From NCBI GenBank assembly GCA_030390025.1, contig CM059425.1:166844001-166908000 (forward strand): a stretch of 64,000 nt of DNA, read 5' to 3'. The notes below the pieces were generated by a model. It had not been told where the DNA came from and ran no database searches. It saw only the letters and a program-made list of their open reading frames with translations. Source of the stretch: Squalus acanthias (Eukaryota). Both the position numbers and the translations under genes were made by a program. Shown here in pieces: positions 1 through 11,886 of this stretch. Every line of letters starts with the position of its first letter. Positions within the stretch are counted from its first letter, which is position 1.

Positions 1-935
1 CGGGAAAACCTATATGCGTTTCTGACATATTATACACTCACTAGCTTATCACACTATTTAGCGTAGAGAGCACACTCTCCAACCCCCTTCAAGGGTCCTT
101 TTCGGGGGATTGGAAGGGGGGACTGAAGGATCCAGCTTGTTCCCAAAGAACTCTGGGATACTTGACTACTACTGAAGGATCCTGCTTGTTCCCAAAGAAT
201 GCTGGGATATTTGACTACATTACCCTCTACTTATTTCGGATAGTAGGTTTAGCTAATTAAGGCATATTTGTAGACTGGAAGGTGCCTCCCTCCCCTTATC
301 AAACCTTGGGATATATGTATTCACAACCTCAGTAGAGCCATTGTCAAAGCACAGCCTGGCCTCCCAAGAGATAAGGGAGCAATTAACAACCAACACAGTT
401 CCAGGCACGGTGGATACATCTACTATTCGAACCTGGTCGCCCAAGAGATAAGGGAGCAATTAATGACCAACACGGTTCCAGTCACTGAGCATCCAAGCCA
501 TTACGGCCTTGAGCCACCCCGCTCTGTCCGACAGCCAGGGATAAAATATGTTTTCTCAAACTATAAACTATGCCCGCAAAGGAAGAGATAACAGCAAGAA
601 TTTGGGGAGTAGGATGAGGCAACCAACATCTGTGACTGGCATGGTCAGGGTTCAAGGGGAGGGCCCGACAGTTGAGTGACTAACCATATAACCAATAGAG
701 AGTAACTGTAGTGACACTGTTTGTACGTGTACGCCCCATTCTGTAGTAAGTGGGCGGTGCTTATAGAAATGTATAACTTGAATGAACCATTACTTGTTCC
801 TCAGAGAGTGCGCCCCTAGCTTGAGGAAGCTGAGTGGCTCTCCCTTGTGCACAAGTCTTTTGTTTATTTTAATAAATTCTGAACTTGTCCTCAATTCCGT
901 CTCCGTCTAGAGTTTCTCCAAATTCGAATCTAACA
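1..935 (+). mobile_element. 3' part of a probable LTR (solo LTR, cut by the window start)
   Basis: U3-like tandem duplications (122-170/171-219, and about 363-405/440-482), AATAAA at 871-876, ends ...TAACA at 935. The 5' end and TSD are outside the window. Confidence 0.55.
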
Positions 936-1202
936 AAACAAACCAGGCCCTTCTACTTCTGACCCTGTCAGAACTTGATCGCACACACCATCAGTCATTC
1001 TGTCTCAAGCAACAGCCCAGAGACATCCACCCAGAGAAGAGTGATGCACAGAGAATGAGTGGGTAGAAGTTGCTGAGGGTGGAAGATGAAGAAAAAGACA
1101 TTGCTGCAGGAGAGTCATAAGATGTTGCCCCTTAGCTGAAGAGTCTGGGACCCAGATCTCAGAGGTCATGCTTTTAAAGGAAGATGTCTGCAGATATGAA
1201 GA

Positions 1203-1520
1203 GGGCAATTTTAACCCTACCCACCTGGCAGAAATCAGGTGGGTGGGCAGTTAAAATCGCCCAAATTACTCAAACGACTTGGAGCCACCAGGAGCTGACC
1301 ATCCCCAAATTCAACGTGCTCTACTGAGCAGGCAGAAGGGACACCCATCCAAAGCTGGCGGGGTCTTTTTTAACTTATGCATGTCAGGTCCTGATGACAT
1401 CATTGTGACGGGATTGCAATTTTAACTGGACGGCCTCCCCTGTCACGGTCTCCCCCCCTACTTTCTGATCATGAGATCCCTGCAAGAAGGCCCCGGCAGC
1501 CAATCCTGCCAAAGATATTT
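1203..1520. mobile_element. Harbinger-like non-autonomous element end with a 60-bp terminal hairpin
   Basis: GGGCAATTTTAAC...GTTAAAATCGCCC inverted repeat at 1203-1262, in the same GGGxxxATTTT TIR style as other elements in the window. Confidence 0.45.
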
Positions 1521-1632
1521 TAAAATGCTTTAACGAGCAGAGAAAAACACTGAACAGAAGAGAGAAAGAAAAAGCAGATAACGTTAGGCTAGGAGAGAGA
1601 GAAAGGCTCATTGGAGAAAACAGCTACATGTT

Positions 1633-1752
1633 TGTGATATCTTGAGACACAGCATATATATATAAAAGCACAACATGGCTTCCGGTAAGCACTGTACTGC
1701 ATATGGCTTTATTATTATATACATCAGTAGTCCACCAGGTTGCTCTATTACA
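1633..1752 (-). repeat. 3' LTR of the Mag-like Gypsy element
   Basis: Direct repeat of 10800-10919, TG..CA ends, adjacent PPT. Confidence 0.95.
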
Positions 1753-1956
1753 CTTTTCCCTCCTTATTGAAGAAGTTAATCATAGCAAATAATCATTGTA
1801 CATGACTTGCATGGTATACACAACTCTTGGTATACATTTCTCAAATGGAACCCATTTTATGTTTTCAAATTCTACTGTAGAATTCTGTAACACAAACAAA
1901 AGATATGAACTTATTTTCCATATTTACAGATTAAACTTAACGATTGGTTTTCTGTT

Positions 1957-2906
1957 TCAAAGAGGATACCTTCTTTCTTGAACAGAACTTTCAGATCTTA
2001 TTGTAGGACTTTGCTTCATTCTAGGCTGAGCCTGTGGAGAATTTTTCTCCAAGGGCTGACCTTGATCTATATTTGGACTCTCTACACTTTCAGACTGTTT
2101 GTCTGCCTGACTCGGGCTCAGACTTAAATTCTGACTTCGTCTTGGACTTGTTTCTAGAATGTCTGATGTAGGATTTGTTACTGGTACTCTACTTGTAACA
2201 AGACTATCTGACTCATCAGAATAAATTGAATCATCCCAGCTTTCAACTCCTTCCTCATCTGTAGGTAAGATATGATCAATGTGAACAAACCTAACCTTTC
2301 CATGATCAAACATCTTGACCAAATATGTGTGAGGGTCACAGATCTTCACTACTCTTCCTGGTAACCACTTTAACCATTTGTGGTGATGGTTCTTCACTGT
2401 AACCTTCTGGTTCAACTTCACACTTCTCTCTCTAACTCTACCTTTATCATGACTATTTTTCCGCCTTGATTGTTTCTCTTCGATGGACTGTGCCAAGTTT
2501 GGCTTTAACAAGGAGAACTTGGTTCGTGGCTGTCGTTTGAGAAATCACTCTGCTGGTTTTCTACCAGTAGTGGTATGAGGAGTATTCTGATAGGTAATCA
2601 TAAAATTTGCCAGCTTGTGGTCCAACGGTAATTGACTTTTCTTTGGATTTGGATCCAACATTTGCTTGATGAGGGCCCGTTTGACAATTTGTACTGTGCG
2701 CTCTGCTGCACCATTTGAAGCAGGGTGGTACGGTGGAACTTTGGTATGTTTCAAACCGTTTCTGCTCATGAACTGTGTGAACTCTTCTGAACAAAATTGC
2801 GGCCCATTATCAGACACAATTTCTTCTGGGAGGCCGTATGAAGAAAACAATCTTCGCAAATTGTCTAGTGTTTTGCTTGTTGTTATTATTTGCATCGGAA
2901 ACACCT
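1957..2906 (-). pseudogene. Gypsy integrase core and C-terminal part (frameshifted)
   Basis: IVSDNGPQF and PPYHPASNGAAER integrase motifs. Joins 7500 (…SHSKWV/EVFPM) once the CR1 insert is removed. Confidence 0.9.
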
Positions 2907-3142
2907 AAGAACATAAGAACATAAGAAATAGGAGCAGGAGTAGGCCAATCGGCCCCTCGAGCCTGCTCCGCCATTCAATAAGATCATGGCTGATCTGATC
3001 CTAACCGCCAATCTACTATCTATCACAGAACCATCTCCTGCATCTAACAGAATTGCACACACGAAATAGGAGCAGAATCAGGCTACACGGTCCCTGGGCC
3101 CGCTCCACTACCCACAGGGCCATGACCGATCCGAACCTAGAC

Positions 3143-5098
3143 TCATGCCCAAATTCCTGCCCGCTCCCCGTAACCCTTAATGCCCTTTACTTCTAGGAAA
3201 CTGTCTATTTCTGTTTTAAATTTATTTAATGATGTAGCTTCTACAGCTTTTTGTGGCAGCATATTCCATGGACCTACCACCCTCTGAGTGAAGTAGTTCC
3301 TCCTCATCTCAGTTTTGAAAGAGCAGCCCCTTATTCTAAGACTATGTCCCCTAGTTCTAGTCTCACCCGTCATCGGGAACATCCTCCCCGCATCCACCCG
3401 ATCCAACCCCTTCACAATCTTATATGTTTCAATAAGATCGCCTCTCATTCTTCTGAACTCCAATGAGTGGAGTCCCAATCTACCCAACCTCTCCTCATAT
3501 GACCACCCTCTCATCCCCGGGATTAACCGAGTGAACCTTTTTTGCACTGCCTCGAGAGCAAGGATGTCTTTCCTTAAGTAAGGACACCAAAACTGTATGC
3601 AGTATTCCAGGTGCGGTCTCACCAATACCTTGTACAACTGAAGCAATACCTCCCTATTTTTATATTCTATCCCCCTAGCAATGAAAGCCAACATTCCATT
3701 TGCCTTCTTAATCACTTGCTGCACCTGCATACTAACCTTTTGAGTTTCGTGCACCAGGACCCCCAGATCCCTTTGCACTTCAGTACTCTCCAGTTTCTTG
3801 CCATTAAGATAATAAATTGCTCTAGGATTTTTCCTGCCAAAGTGCATCACCTCACACTTTCCAGTGTTGTATTCCATCTGCCAAATCTCTGCCCACTTAC
3901 TTAGTCTGTCTATGTCCCCTTGCAGGTTTTTTATGTCCTCCTCACTCACTACTTTCCCTCCCATCTTTGTATCATCTGCAAATTTTGATATGTTACACTT
4001 GGTCCCTTCCTCCAAATCGTTAATATAGATTGTAAAGAGTTGGGGACCCAGCACTGACCCCTGTGGAACACCACTAGTTACTGATTGCCAGTCTGAGAAT
4101 GAACCATTTATCCCAACTCTTTGCTTTCTGTTAGATAGCCAATCCTCTATCCATGCCAGAATATTACCCCCAATCCCGTGATTTTTTACCTTAAGCAATA
4201 ATCTTTTGTGTGGCACCTTGTCAAATGCCTTTTGGAAGTCTAAATACACTACGTCCACTGGTTCCCCTTTATCCACTCTATATGTTACTTCCTCAAAGAA
4301 CTCCAGCAAATTTGTCAAACATGACTTCCCCTTCGTAAAACCATGCTGACTTTGTCCTATTAAATTATGATTATCCAAATGTCCTGTTACTGTTTCCTTA
4401 ATAATGGACTCCAAAATTTTACCTACCACAGATGTTAGGCTAACCGGTCTATAGTTACCAGCCTTCTGTCTACTGCCCTTTTTAAATAAGGGTGTTACAT
4501 TAGCAGTTTTCCAGTCTGCCGGGACCTTAGCGGAATCCAGGGAGTTTTGAAAAATTATTACCAATGCATCTACAATCCCTACCGCCACTTCCTTCAAGAC
4601 TCTAGGATGTAAGCCATCAGGTCCAGGTGATTTATCCGCCTTGAGTCCCATTATTTTACCGAGTACCACTTCCTTAGTGATTTTGATCGTGTTTAGCTCC
4701 TCTCCCCCTATAGCTCCCTGTTTGTCCAGTGTTGGGATATTCTTAGTGTCCTCTACTGTAAAGACTGATACAAAATATTCATTCAGTGTTTTTGCCATCT
4801 CCATATTTCCCACCATTAATTTCCCGGTCTCATCCTCTAAGGGACCAACATTTACTTTAGCCACCCTTTTTCTTTTTATATAACTATAAAAACTCTTACT
4901 ATCTGTTTTTATATTTTTTGCTAATTTACTTTCATAATCTATCTTCCCTTTCTTAATCAATCTTTTTGTTATTTTTTGCTGCCTTTTAAAGTTTTCCCAA
5001 TCCTCTGTCCTGGCACTAGATTTCGCTACCTTATATGCCCTTGTTTTTAGTCGAATACTATCCTTAATTTCTTTACTTAGCCACGGATGACTGTCCTT
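3143..5098 (-). CDS. CR1 ORF2 reverse transcriptase region, open reading frame (no true start codon; the N-terminus of the listed ORF is read-through from the neighbouring 3' UTR)
   Basis: KSPGPDG, NYRPVSLTS, QHGF, YLDFQKAFDKV, FADD and LVRPHLEYC motifs, with no stops. Confidence 0.85.
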   Translation of the reverse strand, partial: KDSHPWLSKEIKDSIRLKTRAYKVAKSSARTEDWENFKRQQKITKRLIKKGKIDYESKLAKNIKTDSKSFYSYIKRKRVAKVNVGPLEDETGKLMVGNMEMAKTLNEYFVSVFTVEDTKNIPTLDKQGAIGGEELNTIKITKEVVLGKIMGLKADKSPGPDGLHPRVLKEVAVGIVDALVIIFQNSLDSAKVPADWKTANVTPLFKKGSRQKAGNYRPVSLTSVVGKILESIIKETVTGHLDNHNLIGQSQHGFTKGKSCLTNLLEFFEEVTYRVDKGEPVDVVYLDFQKAFDKVPHKRLLLKVKNHGIGGNILAWIEDWLSNRKQRVGINGSFSDWQSVTSGVPQGSVLGPQLFTIYINDLEEGTKCNISKFADDTKMGGKVVSEEDIKNLQGDIDRLSKWAEIWQMEYNTGKCEVMHFGRKNPRAIYYLNGKKLESTEVQRDLGVLVHETQKVSMQVQQVIKKANGMLAFIARGIEYKNREVLLQLYKVLVRPHLEYCIQFWCPYLRKDILALEAVQKRFTRLIPGMRGWSYEERLGRLGLHSLEFRRMRGDLIETYKIVKGLDRVDAGRMFPMTGETRTRGHSLRIRGCSFKTEMRRNYFTQRVVGPWNMLPQKAVEATSLNKFKTEIDSFLEVKGIKGYGERAGIWA

Positions 5099-5100
5099 TA

Positions 5101-6911
5101 ATAAGAACATAAGAACATAAGAAATAGGAGCAGGAGTAGGCCAATCGGCCCCTCGAGCCTGCTCCGCCATTCAATAAGATCATGGCTGATTTGATCCTAA
5201 CCGCCAATCTACTATCACAGAACCATCTCCTGCATCTAACAGAATTGCACACACGAAATAGGAGCAGAATCAGGCTACACGGTCCCTGGGCCCGCTCCAC
5301 TACCCACAGGGCCATGACCGATCCGAACCTAGAGGGCAACACGGTGGCATAGTGGTTAGCACTGGTGCCTCACAGCGCCAGAGACCCGGGTTCGAATCTG
5401 ACCTCGGGTGACTGTCTGTGTGGAGTTTGCACATTCTCCCCGTGTCTGCGTGGGTTTCCTCCAGGTGCTCCGGTTTCCTCCCACAGTCCAAAAATGTGCG
5501 GGTTAGGTTGATTTGGCTATGATAAATTGACCCTTAGTGTTAGGGGGGGATTAAATATGTGGGGTTACAGGGATAGCATGGGATATGTTAGGGGGAATTA
5601 AATACGTGGGGTTACGGGGGTAGGGTGGGATATGTGTACTGTGGGGATTAAAGCAGGGACAGGGTATTGGACTTGGATGATCAGCCATGATCGTATTGAA
5701 TGGTGGAGCAGGCTCGACGGGCCGAATGGCCTACTCCTGCTCCTAGATTCTATGTTTCTATGTTTCTATGTCCAAATTCCTGCCCGCTCCCCGTAACCCT
5801 TAATGCCCTTTACTTCTAGGAAACTGTCTATTTCTGTTTTAAATTTATTTAATGATGTAGCTTCTACAGCTTTTTGTGGCAGCATATTCCATGGACCTAC
5901 CACCCTCTGAGTGAAGTAGTTCCTCCTCATCTCAGTTTTGAAAGAGCAGCCCCTTATTCTAAGACTATGTCCCCTAGTTCTAGTCTCACCCGTCATCGGG
6001 AACATCCTCCCCGCATCCACCCGATCCAACCCCTTCACAATCTTATATGTTTCAATAAGATCGCCTCTCATTCTTCTGAACTCCAATGAGTAGAGTCCCA
6101 ATCTACACAACCTCTCCTCATATGACCACCCCCTCATCCCCGGGATTAACCGAGTGAACCTTTTTTGCACTGCCTCGAGAGCAAGGATGTCTTTCCTTAA
6201 GTAAGGACACCAAAACTGTATGCAGTATTCCAGGTGCAGTCTCACCAATACCTTGTACAACTGAAGCAATACCTCCCTATTTTTATATTCTATCCCCCTA
6301 GCAATGAAAGCCAACATTCCATTTGCCTTCTTAATCACTTGCTGCACCTGCATACTAACCTTTTGAGTTTCGTGCACCAGGACCCCCAGATCCCTTTGCA
6401 CTTCAGTACTCTCCAGTTTCTTGCCATTAAGATAATAAATTGCTCTAGGATTTTTCCTGCCAAAGTGCATCACCTCACACTTTCCAGTGTTGTATTCCAT
6501 CTGCCAAATCTCTGCCCACTTACTTAGCCTGTCTATGTCCCCTTGCAGGTTTTTTATGTCCTCCTCACTCACTACTTTCCCTCCCATCTTTGTATCATCT
6601 GCAAATTTTGATATGTTACACTTGGTCCCTTCCTCCAAATCGTTAATATAGATTGTAAAGAGTTGGGGACCCAGCACTGACCCCTGTGGAACACCACTAG
6701 TTACTGATTGCCAGTCTGAGAATGAACCATTTATCCCAACTCTTTGCTTTCTGTTAGATAGCCAATCCTCTATCCATGCCAGAATATTACCCCCAATCCC
6801 GTGATTTTTTACCTTAAGCAATAATCTTTTATGTGGCACCTTGTCAAATGCCTTTTGGAAGTCTAAATACACTACGTCCACTGGTTCCTCTTTATCCACT
6901 CTATATGTTAC
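5101..6911 (-). mobile_element. Inner CR1 LINE (5'-truncated, near-identical subfamily) inserted into the outer CR1
   Basis: Second tail and 3' UTR (5101-5333) nearly identical to 2907-3141. RT ORF 5766-6899 nearly identical to 3143-4276. Confidence 0.9.
5334..5767 (+). mobile_element. tRNA-derived SINE, HE1/V-SINE type
   Basis: A box TGGCATAGTGG and B box GGTTCGAATC, V-domain (TGTCTGTGTGGAGTTTGCACATTCTCCCCGTGTCTGCGTGGGTTTCC), CR1-type 3' end and (TTTCTATG)n tail. Confidence 0.9.
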
Positions 6912-7499
6912 AACCTTTTCTTTTCAGTGGAATATATTTTTTTTGGAAGTTGTAAAATAACTCCTTGAATGTACACCACTGATCATGTGTCGTCTTACCC
7001 TTTAATCTATTTTCCCAATCCACTCTACTCAATTCCGCTCGCATACCTTCACAGTCTCCTTTATTCAAGCTTAGCACGCTTGTTTGAGATCCAACCTTCT
7101 CACCCTCTAATTGAATATGGAATTCAACCATGTTATGGTCACTCATTCCAAGGGGATCCTTTACTAGGACATTTTTAATTAATCCTGTCTCGTTACACAG
7201 GACCAGATCTAAGGTTGCTTGCCCCCTGGTCGGTTCAGTTACATACTGCTCAAGAAACCCATCCCTAATACACTGAATGAACTCATCCTCAAGGCAGCCC
7301 TGCCCCATTTGATTTGTCCAATTAATATGATAGTTAAAATCCCCCATAATTATAGATGTTCCCTTATTACATGCCTCAACTATTTCCTGATTGATACTCC
7401 GTCCAACAGAGTTGCAACTGTTCAGAGGCCTATAGACTACGCCCACTAGTGTTTTTTTCCCCTTATTATTCCTTATCTCCACCCAAACTGTTTCATTAT

Positions 7500-10400
7500 C
7501 TACCCACTTCGAGTGACTATCTATCACTATGAAGAATTGCTGTCCTTCTAGCTCAGCAAAATCTACATGTGATCTTTGCCACACTCTGGGAGGCCATTTC
7601 CATGGCTGTAATGGTACTGATGGTGGTTTCTTGCTCACCGATTGACATGTTGTACACTGACTGACTATGTACTCTATCTCTTTATCTAAACCTGGCCACA
7701 TAAGTAACTGCATGCAAAGCTCTTGGTCAAGCACATTCCCAGGTGCTGGTCATGAAGATCTCCTAACAATTTAGACCTGAACCTATTTGGGATAACCACT
7801 CTTGCTCCCCACATGATACAATCTTTATCCACTGATAATTCATTCCTATGAACAAAGTATGGATGGATATCTTCCTCTGATACCTGGTTTGGCCATCCAT
7901 TTGCTATGTAATCATACACCTTTGACATAATTGGGTCACATTTGGTTGCCCTACCAATCTCTTCAGCTGTGACTGGCAGCTCATCAATGTATGTGAAATA
8001 GAACACTTCTTCCCTATTGGGTGTAACTTGTGATGGGGATGGTAACCTGGACATAACATCAGCATTACTGTGATCAGCTGATTGTCTGTACTCAATGCCA
8101 TAAGTATACGCTGACAAAATCAAAGCCCATCTCTGCATTCGGGCTGCAGTCAAGGTTGGAACTGGGGACTTTGGATGGAGGATTGCTGTCAGGGGCTTAT
8201 GGTCAGTAACTATGGTAAACTTATGACTAAACAAGTATTTGTGAAACTTCTTGACCCCAAAAATCAATTACAAAGCTTTCCTTTTGATCTGCGCATAATT
8301 CCACTCACTAGCACTGAGAGTGCGTGAAGCAAAAGCATTGGTCTCTCCTCCCCACTATCTAGTACATCAAAGATCACTGTCCCAACTCCATACGGAAAGG
8401 CGTCACATGCTAGCTTGATCTCCTTAGATACATCATAGTGAACTAACATGGTACTCTGTACTAACTGGCTTTTACACTCTTTGAATACAGTGTCGCATTC
8501 TTTTGACCACTTCCAAGGGACCTGATTTCTCAACAGCTCATTCAGTGGATGTAACAATGTAGCTAAGTTTGGGAGGAACTTTCCGTAATAATTCAAAAGA
8601 CCCAAAAATGATCGAAGTTCAGAGACGTTCTTGGGAGTTGGTGATTTCTGATTGCATCCAGCTTTCCCTTGGTTGGATGTAAACCATCTTTGTCTACTCT
8701 GTGCCCTAAGTACTCCACTGAGTTTTGAAGCAACTCACACTTGTGAGCTGTCACTCGTATTCCATGCTTCTCTAGCTGTTTGAGCACTTCATTCAACACC
8801 TAATCATGGATTTGCCTGTTTGGTGCTGAAATGAGTATATCATCCAAATAACACATTACCCCTTCAATCCCTTGCAAAATTTGGTTCATCACCCCCTGGA
8901 ATATGTCGGGGGCAGAAGACACTCCAAATGGTAGCCTATTGAACTGATATAGGCCTTGGTGAGTATATATAGTCAAGCATGACTTGGACTCTTCATCTAA
9001 CTCAAGTTGTAGGTAGGCGTTTGTTAGATCTAACTTCGAAAAGATCTGGCCACCTGTCAGCGTTGTGAACAAATCTTCCACATTTGGCAACGTATTGGGT
9101 AGATTACACTCGAGAACCTGGTTTACGGTTACCTTATAATCACCACACAACCTTACCTTACCATCTGACTTAGGTACAACAAAATTGGGTATTGCCCAAT
9201 TACTCAGATCTACCTTAGGGATAATGTTCTCAGTTTCTAGTCTTTTGAGTTCTTGCTCAACTTTCTCCTTGAGTGCGTATGGTACGGGACGTGGCTTGCA
9301 GTAAACTGGTCTTGCGTCCTTCTGCACTCTGACACTCGCCTTGAAGTCTTGGATCGGACTGCCCGTTTCACTGAACACCTTCGGATACTGCTTGATGACG
9401 TCATCTTCCGATGCAAATTTTGCTTCCACACGAAAAATCTCATTCCAATCCAGCTTCAGTGGTCCCAACCAATTTCTACCTATCAAGGCAAGCTCTGACA
9501 CTGATCCTTGTATTTCACTGGTATGGTGACACTTCCTACTACAGGGATTTGCTCTCCTGAGTAGCCTCGCAGCTCTACCTTTAATTTCTCTAGTCGATAA
9601 TCATGCAACTTGTCGCGATATAATGATTCCGGTACTACGCTCACAGATGCACCAGTGTCGATTTCCATGGGTTTCCTGATTCCTGCGACATCTACTTGGA
9701 TGACGATATCTCGCGAATCGCTGTTAGATACCTTTGTGCTCCTGATGACGTGAATCTCCAGAAACTCCTCGTCCTGCTGCTTCTCTTCAATGGTATGTAG
9801 TATCTGGCGATTTCTATTTCTAGTATTGCCAGTCGGTTTACTCTTCTGTCGGCACGCCTTTGCAAGATGCCCAGTTTTCTTGCAGTAGAAACACTCTGCC
9901 TTCACATATGAACAGCTTTGAGCGATGTGTTGTCCCAGGCACCGATAGAACGACTTCAATGCACTGTTACCTTGGCCAGTTGCTGAGGCCTTGGGGCCCA
10001 ACTGCCTTTTACTTTTAGCCTGCAGCCGATTCACCTCGGTTGTTTGACGACTGGAAATGGCGCAGAACACTCGGGAGTATCGCTCAGCCATATCCATCGA
10101 CGTAGCTGTCAGACAAGCTAAGTCAAAAGTCGTTAGGGGTTGTCAACAATTCACTTCTGATAGGTTCATTTTTCAACCCACAAACAAAGCAGTCACGCAA
10201 AGCTTGGTCCTGAAAGTTTCCGAAATGACAGTAAATGGACAGCTTTTTTAAAGCTACAATGTACTCACTGATACCCTCGTTATTTAATTGATCACGTGTT
10301 CCAAAATGATAACTTTCAGCAATTTTCAGGGGCTCAGGACTGTAGTGCTGTTCTAACTTGCTTAGGGTCTCCTTCAGTGGCGTGTCCTTCGGCTTCGCGG

Positions 10401-10627
10401 GAACAAACACATTTTTCAGGGTTTCATACACATCGGGGCCTGCTTCAGTCAAAAAAATAGCTTGTTTCATTTCTAAAACTGCCCGGTTATGGTTTACATC
10501 ATCGGCGATTTCAACAATACCATTCGCGGTGAAAAACATTCCTAGCCGCTACACATATGCTCCGAAAGTCTCTCGGTCACGATGGAATTCACCCAAGCGC
10601 ACTATTATTCCCATAGGCGTGGCCATC
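7500..10627 (-). pseudogene. Gypsy gag-pol remnant: Gag with twin Zn knuckles, protease, RT, RNase H, integrase N-terminus
   Basis: CFYCKKTGHLAKAC, IDTGAS, RLCGDYK, YLDD, LACDA, TDHKPL and HVDFA motifs, broken by frameshifts and stops. Confidence 0.92.
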
Positions 10628-10799
10628 TGGACTCTGACAATGTCGACAGTTCAGCCACATGTGCTCGAAATTTACCTTGGATTTTTAAGTTTTTCTGCAA
10701 AACGAAGAACCTCTAACAGTCCCGCCGTCGGTTGGCAGGATTATCCTCCAACAAAAATTTCAGCTAGGGAATCCGCAATCACATCCTCATCACCAATTC

Positions 10800-10919
10800 T
10801 GTGATATCTTGAGACACAGCATATATATACAACAGCACAACATGGCTTCCGGTAAGAACTGTACTGCACATGGCTTTATTATTATATACATCAGTAGTCC
10901 ACCAGGTGGCTCTATTACA
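10800..10919 (-). repeat. 5' LTR of the Mag-like Gypsy element
   Basis: Direct repeat of 1633-1752, followed on the minus strand by the PBS. Confidence 0.95.
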
Positions 10920-11046
10920 ATGTTGAACTTTAACTGTCTATCCCTTGTCTAACATTTTATGCCTTCTGAATAGATGTCATAATTGAAACGTATGGAGGAG
11001 AATCAAAAGCGTGTCTACATTAGCTGAATCACTTCAAATTAACTCA

Positions 11047-11886
11047 GGCCGAGAAATTCTATGGTACCACTCTCCTATTTCGGGCACTAAACAGGTGCCG
11101 AAGCATCCAATATGGTGGACAGAAACACACACCCATTATGAGCCAGCAGTACGCCACCTGCAATATTGGATGAAACAAAAAATAGGCATCTTGACCCCAT
11201 GCCTGAAACGGGCGTTAGGTCTATGGTAAATGCAAATAAGTGTCCTAACGCCCATTTGAGGCCCCCTGTGCAAGAAAGGCCTTCCTTATCTGGCGCCAAG
11301 CTGGCTGCATTCAGGAAAACCAGGTCTACATGTGGTCCTTAAAGGGAATGCTGCAGGCCGCTACCAAAAAGGTAAATTTGTTGAAAGATAGTTACCTGAA
11401 TGTGGAGTCAGGAGGAGCAGGAATGCCACCAGCCACTGCCAGCCACCTCCTGCCACCCCTGGTTCCCGACTGCCGCCTCAATTCCCCCCACCACCCCCTC
11501 CCACCCCACCCCCATCCCGATGTCCCAGTCGTCCTCCCTTTCCCGGTCGCCATCCCTTTCCCGATGGCCCGGTCACCCTCCTCTCCTCGTCATATCCCCT
11601 CCAGGTCGGCCCTCCCCAGCCGCCTCCCTTCCAATCGTCCCTCTTCTCCTGGTCGCCCGCCCCCCTTCCAATCAACTTCCCCATTAAACACTTAACTGAG
11701 AGTCGCTGTCAGTTGATGCAATGGCCTGAAATTCAAAGCCTCCTTGTCGGCGAGTTGCCTGGAGACACACACTCCTTTAAATAAGACACCAGGCACAATA
11801 TCGGGTGCATCTTGGGCCTACCCAATCAGGCGCAGGGACCGTTCCCTGTGCCCAGTTCACATCGGCCGTGGACAAATTTCTAGGCC
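11047..11886. mobile_element. Non-autonomous TIR element (Harbinger-like MITE) with a C-rich core
   Basis: Imperfect TIR GGCCGAGAAATT / AATTTCTAGGCC. TSD not clear. Confidence 0.5.

Larger units (their letters stand above)
2907..7499 (-). mobile_element. Outer CR1/HER1-type LINE (2907-5100 plus 6912-7499), 5'-truncated, inserted in the Gypsy integrase
   Basis: (TTCTTATG)n tail at 2907-2930. RT ORF 3143-5098 with GVPQGSVLGP and FADD. APE endonuclease fragment (IIMGDFN, GMSDHNMV) at 6912-7499. No TSD at the junctions. Confidence 0.92.
1633..10919 (-). mobile_element. Full-length Ty3/Gypsy LTR retrotransposon (Mag-like), decayed and interrupted by CR1/SINE insertions
   Basis: 120-bp TG..CA LTRs at 1633-1752 and 10800-10919 (5 mismatches). 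5-bp TSD ATGTT (1628-1632, 10920-10924). PBS TGGTGATGAGGATG, a CpG-decayed complement of the tRNA-Ser(GCU) 3' end. PPT AAGGAGGGAAAAG next to the 3' LTR. Domain order gag-PR-RT-RH-IN. Confidence 0.95.

Noticed and set aside
5334..5410. tRNA gene (also considered at 20746-20835)
   Set aside because: These are SINE heads running into repeat bodies, with no complete cloverleaf or terminator.
6901..7734. Novel integrase-endonuclease fusion protein (277 aa)
   Set aside because: Chance in-frame junction between the Gypsy integrase and an inserted CR1 at 7499/7500.
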